NCBI GenBank assembly: GCA_964187785.1
Contig: OZ076409.1
Span: 13,332,001 to 13,396,000, forward strand
Source: Amphiscolops sp. MND2022
Lineage: Eukaryota
Direction of reading: 5' to 3'
Length of the DNA stretch: 64,000 bases
Shown here: in pieces, positions 1-12,459 of the stretch
Numbering within the stretch: position 1 is the stretch's first letter
How the letters are laid out: every line of letters starts with the position of its first letter
The notes under the pieces: generated by a model
Seen by the model: only the letters and a program-made list of their open reading frames with translations
What the model was told of the DNA's origin: nothing
The model's database searches: none
Program-made: the position numbers and the translations under genes

Positions 1-445
1 CAAAAGGGTCGACCTAATTCTTTTCGACCTATTCCTTTCGACCCATTTCATGCAATCCGCGCCACATTATATTTTCGCTTTCAGAAAACATATTAGATCA
101 TAAAGGGGTTAGAACTAAGTATTTTAGATAAAATTAGATCTGAAAGTTAGACCTAACAGTTAGATCTTTTTCAATTAGACCCAAGCACTTAGAACAAAGG
201 CGTACACATCGCTCGCCCTCACCGTCGCAGAGACCACCTCCCACTACGATCGCTTCGCGATCTCCAAGGGGCCGCGGGGCACTAGATGAAATAGGGAAAT
301 ATCAGAGGCAGGTTTTATACTTACAACGGTTAGTTCAAAATTCGAACACAGTTATTCGAAATTGTTCCGATTTTTGGAAAATTCGAACATAGTCCATTCG
401 AAATTGAAATTCGAACTTACGCGTTCGAACGTATTACCGTGCCCC
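1..445 (-). mobile_element. MITE-like element(s), truncated by the window edge, with short-motif arrays and the GC-rich core
   Basis: Arrays of TTAGA(T/A)C (~90-195) and TTCGAA (~340-430) flank a partial reverse-strand copy (~200-300) of the GC-rich core also seen at 645-820, 16.8 kb and 27.1 kb. It interrupts the CRE-like reading frame at ~445. Confidence 0.55.
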
Positions 446-3345
446 TCTCGGTGGCGGTGGTTCCAGGGTTGCATAGAGAGCCTTGATTCGAATTAGGTCC
501 AGTTTGTAGAATTTGTTCCCTACAAACTGGATCATTGAATTTTACAAACTGGATCATTGAATTCGACAAACTTGACATCCTTCACACAAGATCCTGAGAG
601 CTCCACTGCCTAAGAAATATGGGAATAGGATCCAAAAACTGAAATATGGGGCATATCCGGTGTATGCACGCTCGCCCTAACCGTGGCAAAGACCAGCGCC
701 CACTACGATCGCTTCGCCATCTCCGTTCCCGCTAGATCTTTGCTCCTGTTCGACCTCGCTTAGCAAGATGGAAACGTGAGCGGCCCAAAGGAGCGCGGGG
801 CACTAGAGGAAATGGGGACAAATCCGAGGCACGTTTTATGCTTTGCATCATTCCTACATTACTGGTCTTATCGTTTTTCTTCAATTAGAGAACTCTACAT
901 ATTGGTATCCTACAAACTGGACCTAACCAGTTTGTAGAATACCATTTTGTAGAATCCAGTTTTAGAAAAAAATTCTAAAAACTGGACCTCACTTTTCTAC
1001 AAATTGGATTCTGCCAACTGGTTTTCTACAAACTGGTTTCATACCCTTGATTCAGATGTCTCTGGGCAAGAGCATCCACAACTGTGACATCCCACACCAG
1101 CTGTTTACCTATTTCCCAAGGAATCATGGTAACAGCGTCTGAGTGTTCGCCATCAGTTTGGTACAGTCCACGCGGTTCGAGCATTGAAGGCAAGTCGAAA
1201 GATCCCAACGTCTGCTTTATAAGAGAATTGAAAGTAGCATGACGTCAGACGCGACTAGCAATTTTGGTGCTAGAAAGACCGTGTAAACCGTCCCGATCAA
1301 CTCTTTTACCACAGTGGCACGTATGCGCAACAGAGATATTGGCTCCGAGACCCAAACCAATTGAAATCCGAAGCCGCGGATCATCAAGTTTCAGGTCTAG
1401 ATTCTTGCTAGGGACGACGTTGAGCCATAGAGACCCGAACTTGCGTTGATGAGCATTAAAAACTTCATAACGTTTGTCATCCATTCTAGAAATCAAATCT
1501 TGGGCGTATTTGACGTAGACAGGTTGTGTCCAGTTTTTCAGAGTCCCACCGAGAGGACTTTCCTGTTCATTCGTCATTTCAACCATTTCTCAAACGCTTT
1601 TATAAACGAAACATCTTCAAGTGTTTCCGAGAAAATCGTCGTGAGAAAGTCACTCACACCAAAAGCTGAGACCAGAAGGGCGGGAAATGCTAATAATGAT
1701 GCGGATGAAACCCCAAGACCACCCATCTCTGCGGTTATGATGGAATCCGAAAAAAAGCTGGAGAAGATTTGATTACTGAATCACCGTGAAAAAGAAAACT
1801 TGGCTAACTGTACGCCGAGTGTGAGTACTAATAAATTTCAGGGTGTATTTCAGAGGTTTCCTCTAGCACGAAATGTCGGTTTATCGAATTGAAAGCGTTT
1901 TCAAAGTCAATTTTCAAAAATGGGTTTCTTTGGGCTGTGTAATTTCTATCAAACAACGGAAAACAGGTGAGGCCAATTCAGCGTCCCTTTTGGTGCCTAC
2001 ACCTACTTGTCGATTTCCATATCTTGCTTGACGTGATTCGAAGACATGGTATCCGGCACAATTTGCGGACAACCGGCGGAGAGTATTGCCTACAGCGATA
2101 GGACGAAGTCCTCCATTGGGCTTTTTTAGCGAAGTTAGTTTCGCCTCAAAGAAGTACGACCGAAGTTCGCAAGGTACTTTTCCTTCGAGAATCAACCTTG
2201 CTCTAGTACAACCTTGCACTAGAGCCGTTGGGGAAGGACATGAGACCCTTGTGGACAAAAAACCCCGAAGTTCAGAAACAATCGATATGTGTGGGGTCCG
2301 GAACAGAGCAAGTTTCCCTCCGCGGATGTTTCACGTTGAGGGCAGCGTAGTTGTCGACAGTGAAATCTGCAACGTTGTCGTCGTCTACTGCCATTCTGAT
2401 TCCGGCCGTAACATTAGCTTCGTCTAATTTAGTGCAAATGGAACGCAGTCGTCGATCTAACTGGCTTTTTTGTTGCGGTTTTTTGTCGGGTTTCGGATTT
2501 TTCTCAATAACACCATCCCATATACGCTTGTTGATATTTGCACTGAGGGATGATCGCTGACGTTTACCTCTTCGAGGTGGTTTTTCCAGAAAACAGCTTA
2601 GAAAGGAAAGCAGTAAGCACCACAAGGCAAGATTTGACGGGGTTTCACAAATATCATTCACTCTGGTAATCAAGTTTTCAGCTGGGGTGGGATCCGTGAC
2701 TTTTTAGGAAATCTTTTCAAGTGAACAACGCCTGAAAAAAAAAGGTGTCTGGTCTAAAGTTATCATGACACCAAGGGATTGTGTTCACTAAAGAACACCT
2801 ACTACATTTGATTTGGTCAAGGCTCCGTGCTTCCGTTCTCGATAAATTGGCGCATTTCATGTGAACCCATCCGTGGCAACGCCTACAATTTATCCAGTCT
2901 ATCAACCCTGAGGGCTTCAAACATTTCAGAGCTTTGCAGGTTTCGTTGTTTTTCATCACAACTCAACCTCAAAACCTAACCAATTGCAGGAAAACCACAT
3001 TTGGGTGTGAACCAATCTCCCCAAAAAACAATCACACTAGTGAAGCAATCCATACATGGAACAAAACCTTGAATTGATAAAAGGAAATATAAATGGAATT
3101 ATCCCACCGGGTTGTGATGGTTCTTTCAGCCCAAGTGCAGCGACAAACCAACAAAACAGCGTCAGCGATGTTGTCTCAAATTCAAATCATTGCCATCTCT
3201 GAAGCTATTCAACAAGTCTATCACAACAATTAGGCTATGAATTTCGGAGCTATGAATATTTGGAGCTATGGCAAGTCACCGTTAGGGGCAGATGGCACTC
3301 AACCGTGGTCTGCACAAAAGAGAAACACCAAGAGCAAAGAGACAA
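446..3345 (-). mobile_element. Degenerate CRE-like non-LTR retrotransposon (PHD finger - RT - CCHC - restriction-like endonuclease)
   Basis: ORF fragments show a PHD-like motif (C..C..WINCRRCHGWVHMKC..C.RC, 2717-2959), RT motifs KKPNGGLRPIAVGNTLRRL, DFENAFNSI and GGLGV, the knuckle CHCG..D.DGLH, and RLE LEPRGL..D..T.IPW..GKQLVWDVTVVD. It is frameshifted, the RT catalytic core appears deleted, and it is interrupted by the MITE at 490-1044. Confidence 0.8.
490..1044. mobile_element. Mutator-like MITE (555 bp) with 9-bp TSD
   Basis: CCTTGATTC is duplicated at 481-489 and 1045-1053. Ends GAATTAGGTCCAGTTTGTAGAA / TTCTACAAACTGGTTTCATAC form imperfect TIRs with many subterminal CTACAAACTGG copies. 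Removing the element restores the CRE frame (RHLNQG-SLCNPGTTATE). Confidence 0.85.
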
Positions 3346-3348
3346 ATA

Positions 3349-3711
3349 TTTTATTAGTCGTCGCGTTTTCCCTTCAAAGAAAAATGCCCGATCATAAGTG
3401 ACTTCTTTTTCTCTAGACCACATTCCTCACACTGATCTTTTTATACTTTTTTAACGTAACCTACAAAACCGGACGAGACTAAAGGGTCCCCACATTCGAT
3501 ATTTTTGAGCAATGTGCGACTATTTTTCGAAAATCTTTCAATGTCACCAACAGAATGTATGTTAATAAATCCGAAAGGATCCCCCTTTCACATATTTTGG
3601 CACTAAGCGACCTTTCTCATAGAAGAAAAATTTCAAGTTTTTTCCTAAAAAAATGTTTTGTGCATTTAGAGTCTCGGATATAGCGCCGACTTTAGACGTC
3701 CTCGACTTGTT
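3349..3711 (+). mobile_element. Helentron-associated non-autonomous element (HINE-like); array copies also at 5377-5773, 7430-7787, 9452-9848, 11505-11872 and partial 12153-12453
   Basis: Starts TTTTATTAGTCG and ends GATATAGCGCCGACTTTAGACGTCCTCGACTTGTT, matching the better-preserved copies at 42462-42998 and 59026-59813. Confidence 0.7.
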
Positions 3712-3859
3712 AGTATAGTAGTGTGAAGTATATCTAAGGTATCTAAGGCTCTAATGGTTTAGCAATGGACACAGCTAAAGAACACTTCAAAAAGTAGCTT
3801 GCCATGGAAGCTTCAAACTGGATGCAAAGTTTATTGCGAGATGCAAAGTTTTTTGCAAG

Positions 3860-5375
3860 GTCTTTGGGCTGTGTGCTTTTTATCAAACAACGGAATACAT
3901 GAGGCCAATTCAGCGCCCCTTTTGGTGCCTAAACCTACTGTTCGATTTCCATATCTTGATTGACGTGGTTCGAAGACATGGTATCCGGCACATTTTGCGG
4001 ACAACCGGCGGAGGGTATTGCCTACAGCGATAGGACGAAGTCCTCCATTGGGCTTTTTTGGTGAAATTTGTTTCGCCCAAAGAAGTACGACCGAAGTTCG
4101 CAAGGTACTTTTCCTTCGAGAATCACATTCACAAGATTTTTCAAGGCTCTGGGAAAACTCAGTCTAGTTTGCCCGTTCAACTTGGCAGTCAAATTTTTCA
4201 AAATTTGAGGCAAAATGGCATACAACCTTGCACTAGAGCCGTTGGGGAAGGACACGAGAGCCTTGTGGACAAAAAACCCCGAAGTTGAGAAACAATCGAT
4301 TTATGTGGGGTCCGGAACAGAGCAAGTTTCCCTCCGCGGATGTTTCACGTTGGGGGCAGCGAAGTTGTCGATTGACGTGGTTCTGAAATCTGCAACGTTG
4401 TCGTCGTCTACTGCCATTCTGATTCCGGCCGTAACATTAGCTTCGTCTAATTTAATGCAAATGGAACGCAGTCGACGATCTAACTCGCTTTTTTGTTGCG
4501 GTTTTTTTTGTCCGGTTTCGGTTTTTTCTCAATAACACCATCCCGAATACGCTTGTTGATTATTGCACTGAGGGATGACGCTGACGTTCACCTCTTCGAG
4601 GTGGTTTTTTCAAAAAACAGCTTAGAGAGGAGAGCGGTAAGCACAACAAGGCAAGATTTGACGGGGTTTCACAAATATCTTTCACTCTGGGTATCAATTT
4701 TTCAGCTGGGGTGGGATCCGTGATTTTTTAGGAACACTTTTCAAGTGAACAACGCCTGAAATAAAAAAAGTTTCAGGTCTAAAGTTATCATCCTGACACC
4801 AAGGCCTTGTGTTCAGTAAATAACACCTACTATATTTAATTTGGGCAAGGCTCCGTGCCTCCGTTCTCGATAAATTGACGCATTTCATGTGAACCCATCC
4901 GTTGCAACGCCTACAATTTATCCAATCTATCAACCCTGAGGGCTTCAAACATTTCAGAGCGTTGCAGGTTTCGTTGTTTTTCATCACAACTCAACCTCGA
5001 AACCTAACCAATTGCAGGAATACCACATTTGGGTGTGTACCAATCTCCCCAAAAAACAATCACAACAGTGAAGCAATCCGTATATGGAACAAAACCTTGA
5101 ATTGATAAAAGGAAATATAAATGGAATTATCCCACCGGGTTGTGATGGTTCTTTCAGCCCAAGTGCAGCGACAAACCAACAAAACAGCGTCAGCGATGTT
5201 GTCTCAAATTCAAATCATTGCCATCTCTGAAGCTATTCAACAAGTCTATCACAACAATTAGGCTATGAATTTCGGAGCTATGAATATTTGGAGCTATGGC
5301 AAGTCACCGTTAGGGGCAGATGGCACTCAACCGTGGTCTGCACAAAAGAGAAACACCAAGAGCAAAGAGACAAAT
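3860..5375 (-). pseudogene. CRE-like 5' half, array unit 2
   Basis: PHD ORF 4694-4987 and RT N-terminal fragments 3831-4255, frameshifted. Confidence 0.8.
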
Positions 5376-5920
5376 ATTTTATTAGTCGTCGCGTTTTCCC
5401 TTCAAAGAAAAATGCCCGATCATAAGTGACTTCTTTTTCTCTAGACCACATTCCTCACACTGATCTTTTTATACTTTTATACCATAACCTACAAAACTGG
5501 ACGAGACTAAAGGGTCCCCACTTTCGATATTTTTGAGCAATGTGCGACTATTTTTCGAAAATCTTTTAATGTCACCAACGGGCCCCCTTCGAGTGTTTTG
5601 ATTTTTTGCAACAGAAAGTATGTTAATAAATCCGAAAAGATCCCCCTTTTGCAAAATTTGGCACTGTGCGACCTTTTTCATAGAAGGAAAACTTCGATAT
5701 TTTTTCCAACGAAAATGTTTTGGGCATTTCCAGCCTCGGATATTGCGCCGACCTCAGACGTCCTCGACTTGTTAGTATAGTTGTTAGAGGTAAATCTAAG
5801 GTATCTAAGGCTCTAATGGTTTAGCACTGGACACAGCTAAAGAACACTTCAAAAGTTCCCTTGCCCTGGAAGCTTCAAATTGGATGCAAAGTTTATTGCG
5901 AGATGCAAAGTTTTTTTGCA

Positions 5921-7428
5921 AAGTCTTTGAGCTGTGTGCTTTTTATCAAACAACGGAAAACATGAGGCTAGTTCAGCGCCCCTTTTGGTGCCTAAACCTA
6001 CTGTTCGATTTCCATATCTTGCTTGACGTGATTCGAAGACATGGTATCCGGCACATTTTGCGGACAACCGGCGGAAAGTATTGCCTACAGCGATAGGAAG
6101 AAATCCTCCATTGGGCTTTTTTTAGCGAAATTAGTTTCGCCCTAAAGAACACGACCGAAGTTCGCAAGGTACTTTTCCTTCGAGAATCACATTCAAAAGA
6201 TTTTTCAAGGCTCTGGGAAAACTCAGTCTAGTTTGGCCGTTCAACTTGGCAGTCAAATTTTTCAAAATTTGGGGCGAAATGCCATACAACCTTGCACTAG
6301 AGCGGTGGGGAAGGACATGAGAGCCTTGTGGACAAAAAACTCCGAAGTTGAGAAACAATCGATATATGTGGGAACCGGAACAGAGCAAGTTTCCCTCCGC
6401 GGATGTTTCACGTTGAGGGCAGCGTAGTTGTCGACAGTGAAATCGGCAACCTTGTTGTCGTCTACGGCCATTCTGATTCCGGCCGTAACATTAGCTTCGT
6501 CTAACTTAGTGCAAATGAACGCAGTCGTCGATCTAACTCGCTTTTTTATTGCGGTTTTATTGTCCGGTTTCGGTTCTTCCTCAATAACACCATCCCGATT
6601 ACGCTTGTTGATAATTGCACTGAGGGATGACCGCTGACGTTCACTTTTAAGAGGTGGTTTTTCCAAAAAACAGCTTAGAGAGGAGAGCAGTCAGCACCAC
6701 AAGGCAAGATTTGACGGGGTTCCACAAATATCATTCACTCTGGGTACCAAGTTTTCAGCTGGGGTGGGATCCGTGACTTTTTAGGAACTCTTTTCAACTC
6801 AACAACGCCTGAATTTAAAAAGGTGTCTGGTCTAAAGTTATTATCCTGACTCCAAGGGGTTGTGTTCACTAAAGAACAACTACTACAATTAAATTGGGCA
6901 AGGCTCCAGGCCTCTGTTCTCGATAAATTTGCGCATTTCAAGTGAACCCATCCATGGCAACGCCTACAATTTATCCATCCTATCATCCCTGAGTGCTTCA
7001 AACACTTCAGAGAGTTGCAGGTTTCGTTGTATTTTATCACAACTCAACATCGAAACCTAACCAATTGCAGGAATAACACATTTGGGTGTGTGCCAATCTT
7101 CCCAAAAAACAATCACAACAGTGAAGCAATCCGTTTATGGAACAAAACCTTGAATTGATAAAATGAAACATAAATGGAATTATCTAACCGAGTTGTGATG
7201 ATTCTTTCAGCCCAAGTGCTGCGACAAACCAACAAAACAGTGTCAGAGATGTTGTCTCAAATTCAAATCATTGCCATCTCTGAAGCTATTCAACAAGTCT
7301 ATCACAATAATTAGGCTGTGAATTTCGGAGCTATGAACTTTTGGAGCTATGGCAAGTCACCATTAGGGGCAGATGGAACGCAACCGTGGTCTTCACAAAA
7401 AAGAAACACCAAGAGCAAAGAGACAAAT
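5921..7428 (-). pseudogene. CRE-like 5' half, array unit 3
   Basis: PHD ORF 6735-7040 and RT fragments 5849-6666. Confidence 0.8.
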
Positions 7429-7935
7429 ATTTTATTAGTCGTCGCGTTTTCCTTTCAAGGAAACATGCCCGATCATTAGTTTTTTTTCTCCAGACCACAT
7501 ACCTCACACTGATCATTTTATACATTTTAACGTAACCCACAAAACCGGACGAGACTAAAGGGTCCCCACATTCGATATTTTTGAGCAATGTGCGACTATT
7601 TTTCGAAAATCTTTCAATGTCACCAACAGAATGTATGTTAATAAATCCGAAAGGATCCCCCTTTCACATATTTTGGCACTAAGCGACCTTTCTCATAGAA
7701 GAAAAATTTCAAGTTTTTTCCTAAAAAAATGTTTTGTGCATTTAGAGTCTCGGATATAGCGCCGACTTTAGACGTCCTCGACTTGTTAGTATAGTAGTGT
7801 GAAGTATATCTAAGGTATCTAAGGCTCTAATGGTTTAGCAATGGACACAGCTAAAGAACACTTCAAAAAGTAGCTTGCCATGGAAGCTTCAAACTGGATG
7901 CAAAGTTTATTGCGAGATGCAAAGTTTTTTGCAAG

Positions 7936-9450
7936 GTCTTTGGGCTGTGTGCTTTTTATCAAACAACGGAATACATGAGGCCAATTCAGCGCCCCTTTTG
8001 GTGCCTAAACCTACTGTTCGATTTCCATATCTTGATTGACGTGGTTCGAAGACATGGTATCCGGCACATTTTGCGGACAACCGGCGGAGGGTATTGCCTA
8101 CAGCGATAGGACGAAGTCCTCCATTGGGCTTTTTTGGTGAAATTTGTTTCGCCCAAAGAAGTACGACCGAAGTTCGCAAGGTACTTTTCCTTCGAGAATC
8201 ACATTCACAAGATTTTTCAAGGCTCTGGGAAAACTCAGTCTAGTTTGCTCGTTCAACTTGGCAGTCAAATTTTTCAAAATTTGAGGCAAAATGGCATACA
8301 ACCTTGCACTAGAGCCGTTGGGGAAGGACACGAGAGCCTTGTGGACAAAAAACCCCGAAGTTGAGAAACAATCGATTTATGTGGGGTCCGGAACAGAGCA
8401 AGTTTCCCTCCGCGGATGTTTCACGTTGGGGGCAGCGAAGTTGTCGATTGACGTGGTTCTGAAATCTGCAACGTTGTCGTCGTCTACTGCCATTCTGATT
8501 CCGGCCGTAACATTAGCTTCGTCTAATTTAATGCAAATGGAACGCAGTCGACGATCTAACTCGCTTTTTTGTTGCGGTTTTTTTGTCCGGTTTCGGTTTT
8601 TTCTCAATAACACCATCCCGAATACGCTTGTTGATTATTGCACTGAGGGATGACGCTGACGTTCACCTCTTCGAGGTGGTTTTTTCAAAAAACAGCTTAG
8701 AGAGGAGAGCGGTAAGCACAACAAGGCAAGATTTGACGGGGTTTCACAAATATCTTTCACTCTGGGTATCAATTTTTCAGCTGGGGTGGGATCCGTGATT
8801 TTTTAGGAACACTTTTCAAGTGAACAACGCCTGAAATAAAAAAAGTTTCTGGTCTAAAGTTATCATCCTGACACCAAGGCCTTGTGTTCAGTAAATAACA
8901 CCTACTATATTTAATTTGGGCAAGGCTCCGTGCCTCCGTTCTCGATAAATTGACGCGTTTCATGTGAACCCATCCGTTGCAACGCCTACAATTTATCCAA
9001 TCTATCAACCCTGAGGGCTTCAAACATTTCAGAGCGTTGCAGGTTTCGTTGTTTTTCATCACAACTCAACCTCGAAACCTAACCAATTGCAGGAATACCA
9101 CATTTGGGTGTGTACCAATCTCCCCAAAAAACAATCACAACAGTGAAGCAATCCGTATATGGAACAAAACCTTGAATTGATAAAAGGAAATATAAATGGA
9201 ATTATCCCACCGGGTTGTGATGGTTCTTTCAGCCCAAGTGCAGCGACAAACCAACAAAACAGCGTCAGCGATGTTGTCTCAAATTCAAATCATTGCCATC
9301 TCTGAAGCTATTCAACAAGTCTATCACAACAATTAGGCTATGAATTTCGGAGCTATGAATATTTGGAGCTATGGCAAGTCACCGTTAGGGGCAGATGGCA
9401 CTCAACCGTGGTCTGCACAAAAGAGAAACACCAAGAGCAAAGAGACAAAT
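7936..9450 (-). pseudogene. CRE-like 5' half, array unit 4 (near-identical to unit 2)
   Basis: ORFs 7907-8179 and 8769-9062 match 3831-4103 and 4694-4987 at offset 4075-4076. Confidence 0.8.
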
Positions 9451-9995
9451 ATTTTATTAGTCGTCGCGTTTTCCCTTCAAAGAAAAATGCCCGATCATAA
9501 GTGACTTCTTTTTCTCTAGACCACATTCCTCACACTGATCTTTTTATACTTTTTTACCATAACCTACAAAACTGGACGAGACTAAAGGGTCCCCACTTGC
9601 GATATTTTTGAGCAATGTGCGACTATTTTTCGAAAATCTTTTAATGTCACCAACGGGCCCCCTTCGAGTGTTTTGATTTTTTGCAACAGAAAGTATGTTA
9701 ATAAATCCGAAAAGATCCCCCTTTTGCAAAATTTGGCACTGTGCGACCTTTTTCATAGAAGGAAAACTTCGATATTTTTTCCAACGAAAATGTTTTGGGC
9801 ATTTCCAGCCTCGGATATTGCGCCGACCTCAGACGTCCTCGACTTGTTAGTATAGTTGTTAGAGGTAAATCTAAGGTATCTAAGGCTCTAATGGTTTAGC
9901 ACTGGACACAGCTAAAGAACACTTCAAAAGTTCCCTTGCCCTGGAAGCTTCAAATTGGATGCAAAGTTTATTGCGAGATGCAAAGTTTTTTTGCA

Positions 9996-11503
9996 AAGTC
10001 TTTGAGCTGTGTGCTTTTTATCAAACAACGGAAAACATGAGGCTAGTTCAGCGCCCCTTTTGGTGCCTAAACCTACTGTTCGATTTCCATATCTTGCTTG
10101 ACGTGATTCGAAGACATGGTATCCGGCACATTTTGCGGACAACCGGCGGAAAGTATTGCCTACAGCGATAGGAAGAAATCCTCCATTGGGCTTTTTTTAG
10201 CGAAATTAGTTTCGCCCTAAAGAACACGACCGAAGTTCGCAAGGTACTTTTCCTTCGAGAATCACATTCAAAAGATTTTTCAAGGCTCTGGGAAAACTCA
10301 GTCTAGTTTGGCCGTTCAACTTGGCAGTCAAATTTTTCAAAATTTGGGGCGAAATGCCATACAACCTTGCACTAGAGCGGTGGGGAAGGACATGAGAGCC
10401 TTGTGGACAAAAAACTCCGAAGTTGAGAAACAATCGATATATGTGGGAACCGGAACAGAGCAAGTTTCCCTCCGCGGATGTTTCACGTTGAGGGCAGCGT
10501 AGTTGTCGACAGTGAAATCGGCAACCTTGTTGTCGTCTACGGCCATTCTGATTCCGGCCGTAACATTAGCTTCGTCTAACTTAGTGCAAATGAACGCAGT
10601 CGTCGATCTAACTCGCTTTTTTATTGCGGTTTTATTGTCCGGTTTCGGTTCTTTCTCAATAACACCATCCCGATTACGCTTGTTGATAATTGCACTGAGG
10701 GATGACCGCTGACGTTCACTTTTAAGAGGTGGTTTTTCCAAAAAACAGCTTAGAGAGGAGAGCAGTCAGCACCACAAGGCAAGATTTGACGGGGTTCCAC
10801 AAATATCATTCACTCTGGGTACCAAGTTTTCAGCTGGGGTGGGATCCGTGACTTTTTAGGAACTCTTTTCAACTCAACAACGCCTGAATTTAAAAAGGTG
10901 TCTGGTCTAAAGTTATTATCCTGACTCCAAGGGGTTGTGTTCACTAAAGAACAACTACTACAATTAAATTGGGCAAGGCTCCAGGCCTCTGTTCTCGATA
11001 AATTTGCGCATTTCAAGTGAACCCATCCATGGCAACGCCTACAATTTATCCATCCTATCATCCCTGAGTGCTTCAAACACTTCAGAGAGTTGCAGGTTTC
11101 GTTGTATTTTATCACAACTCAACATCGAAACCTAACCAATTGCAGGAATAACACATTTGGGTGTGTGCCAATCTTCCCAAAAAACAATCACAACAGTGAA
11201 GCAATCCGTTTATGGAACAAAACCTTGAATTGATAAAATGAAACATAAATGGAATTATCTAACCGAGTTGTGATGATTCTTTCAGCCCAAGTGCTGCGAC
11301 AAACCAACAAAACAGTGTCAGAGATGTTGTCTCAAATTCAAATCATTGCCATCTCTGAAGCTATTCAACAAGTCTATCACAATAATTAGGCTGTGAATTT
11401 CGGAGCTATGAACGTTTGGAGCTATGGCAAGTCACCATTAGGGGCAGATGGAACGCAACCGTGGTCTTCACAAAAAAGAAACACCAAGAGCAAAGAGACA
11501 AAT
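9996..11503 (-). pseudogene. CRE-like 5' half, array unit 5 (near-identical to unit 3)
   Basis: ORFs 10337-10741 and 10810-11115 match 6262-6666 and 6735-7040 at offset 4075. Confidence 0.8.
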
Positions 11504-12459
11504 ATTTTATTAGTCGTCGCGTTTCCCTTTCAAGGAAACATGCCCGATCATTAGTTTTTTTTCTCCAGACCACATACCTCACACTGATCATTTTATACAT
11601 TTTAACGTAACCCACAAAACCGGACGAGACTAAAGGGTCCCCACTTTCGATTTTTTTCGAAAAACTTTTAATGTCACCAACGGACCCCCTTCGAGTTTTT
11701 TATATTTTGCAACAGAATGTTTGTTAATAAATCCAAAAGGATCCCTTTTTACATATTTCGGCACTGTGCGACCTTTTTCATAGAAGCAAAACTTCATTTT
11801 TTTCCAAAAAAAAATGTTTTGGGCATTTCGAGCCTCCTATATAGCGCCGACTTTAGACGTCGTCGACTTGTTAGTATAGTAGTGTGAAGTATATCTAAGT
11901 AATCTAAGGCTCTAATGGCTTGGCAGTGGACACAGCTAAAGAACACTTCAAAAATTCGGTTGCCCTGGAGGCTTCCAATTGGATGCAAAGTTTATTGCGA
12001 GATGCAAAGTTTTATTGCAAAGTCTTTGGGCTGTGTGCTTTCTATCGAACAACGGAAAACATGAGGCCAATTCAGCGCCCCTTTTGGTGCCTACACCTAC
12101 TTGTCGATTTCCATATCTTGCTTGACGTGATTCGAAGACATGGTATCCGGCACTTTTTTAACGTAACCTACAAAACCGGACGACACTGAAGGGTCCCCAC
12201 TTTCGATTTTTTTTGTGCAATGGGCGACTACTTTTCGAAAATTTTTTAATGTCACCAACGGGCCCCCTTCGAGTTTTTTCATTTTTTGCAACAGAATGTA
12301 TGTTAATAAATCCGAAAAGATCCCCCTTTTACAAAATTTGGCACTGTGCGACCTTTTTCATAGAAGGAAAACTTCGATATTTTTTCCAACAAAAATGTTT
12401 TAGGCATTTCGAGTCTCGGATATAGCGCCGACTTTAGACGTCCTCGACTTGTTAGTATA

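Noticed and set aside
490..1044. CRISPR-like array of CTACAAACTGG repeats
   Set aside because: The repeats are short, irregularly spaced and in both orientations inside a TSD-bounded MITE. The context is eukaryotic with no cas genes.
3230..3345. Spliced-leader RNA or snRNA gene as target of the CRE-like element (Sm-site-like GAATATTTGGAG)
   Set aside because: The motif varies between units, no recognisable leader plus donor was found, and the units are truncated duplicates rather than independent insertions.
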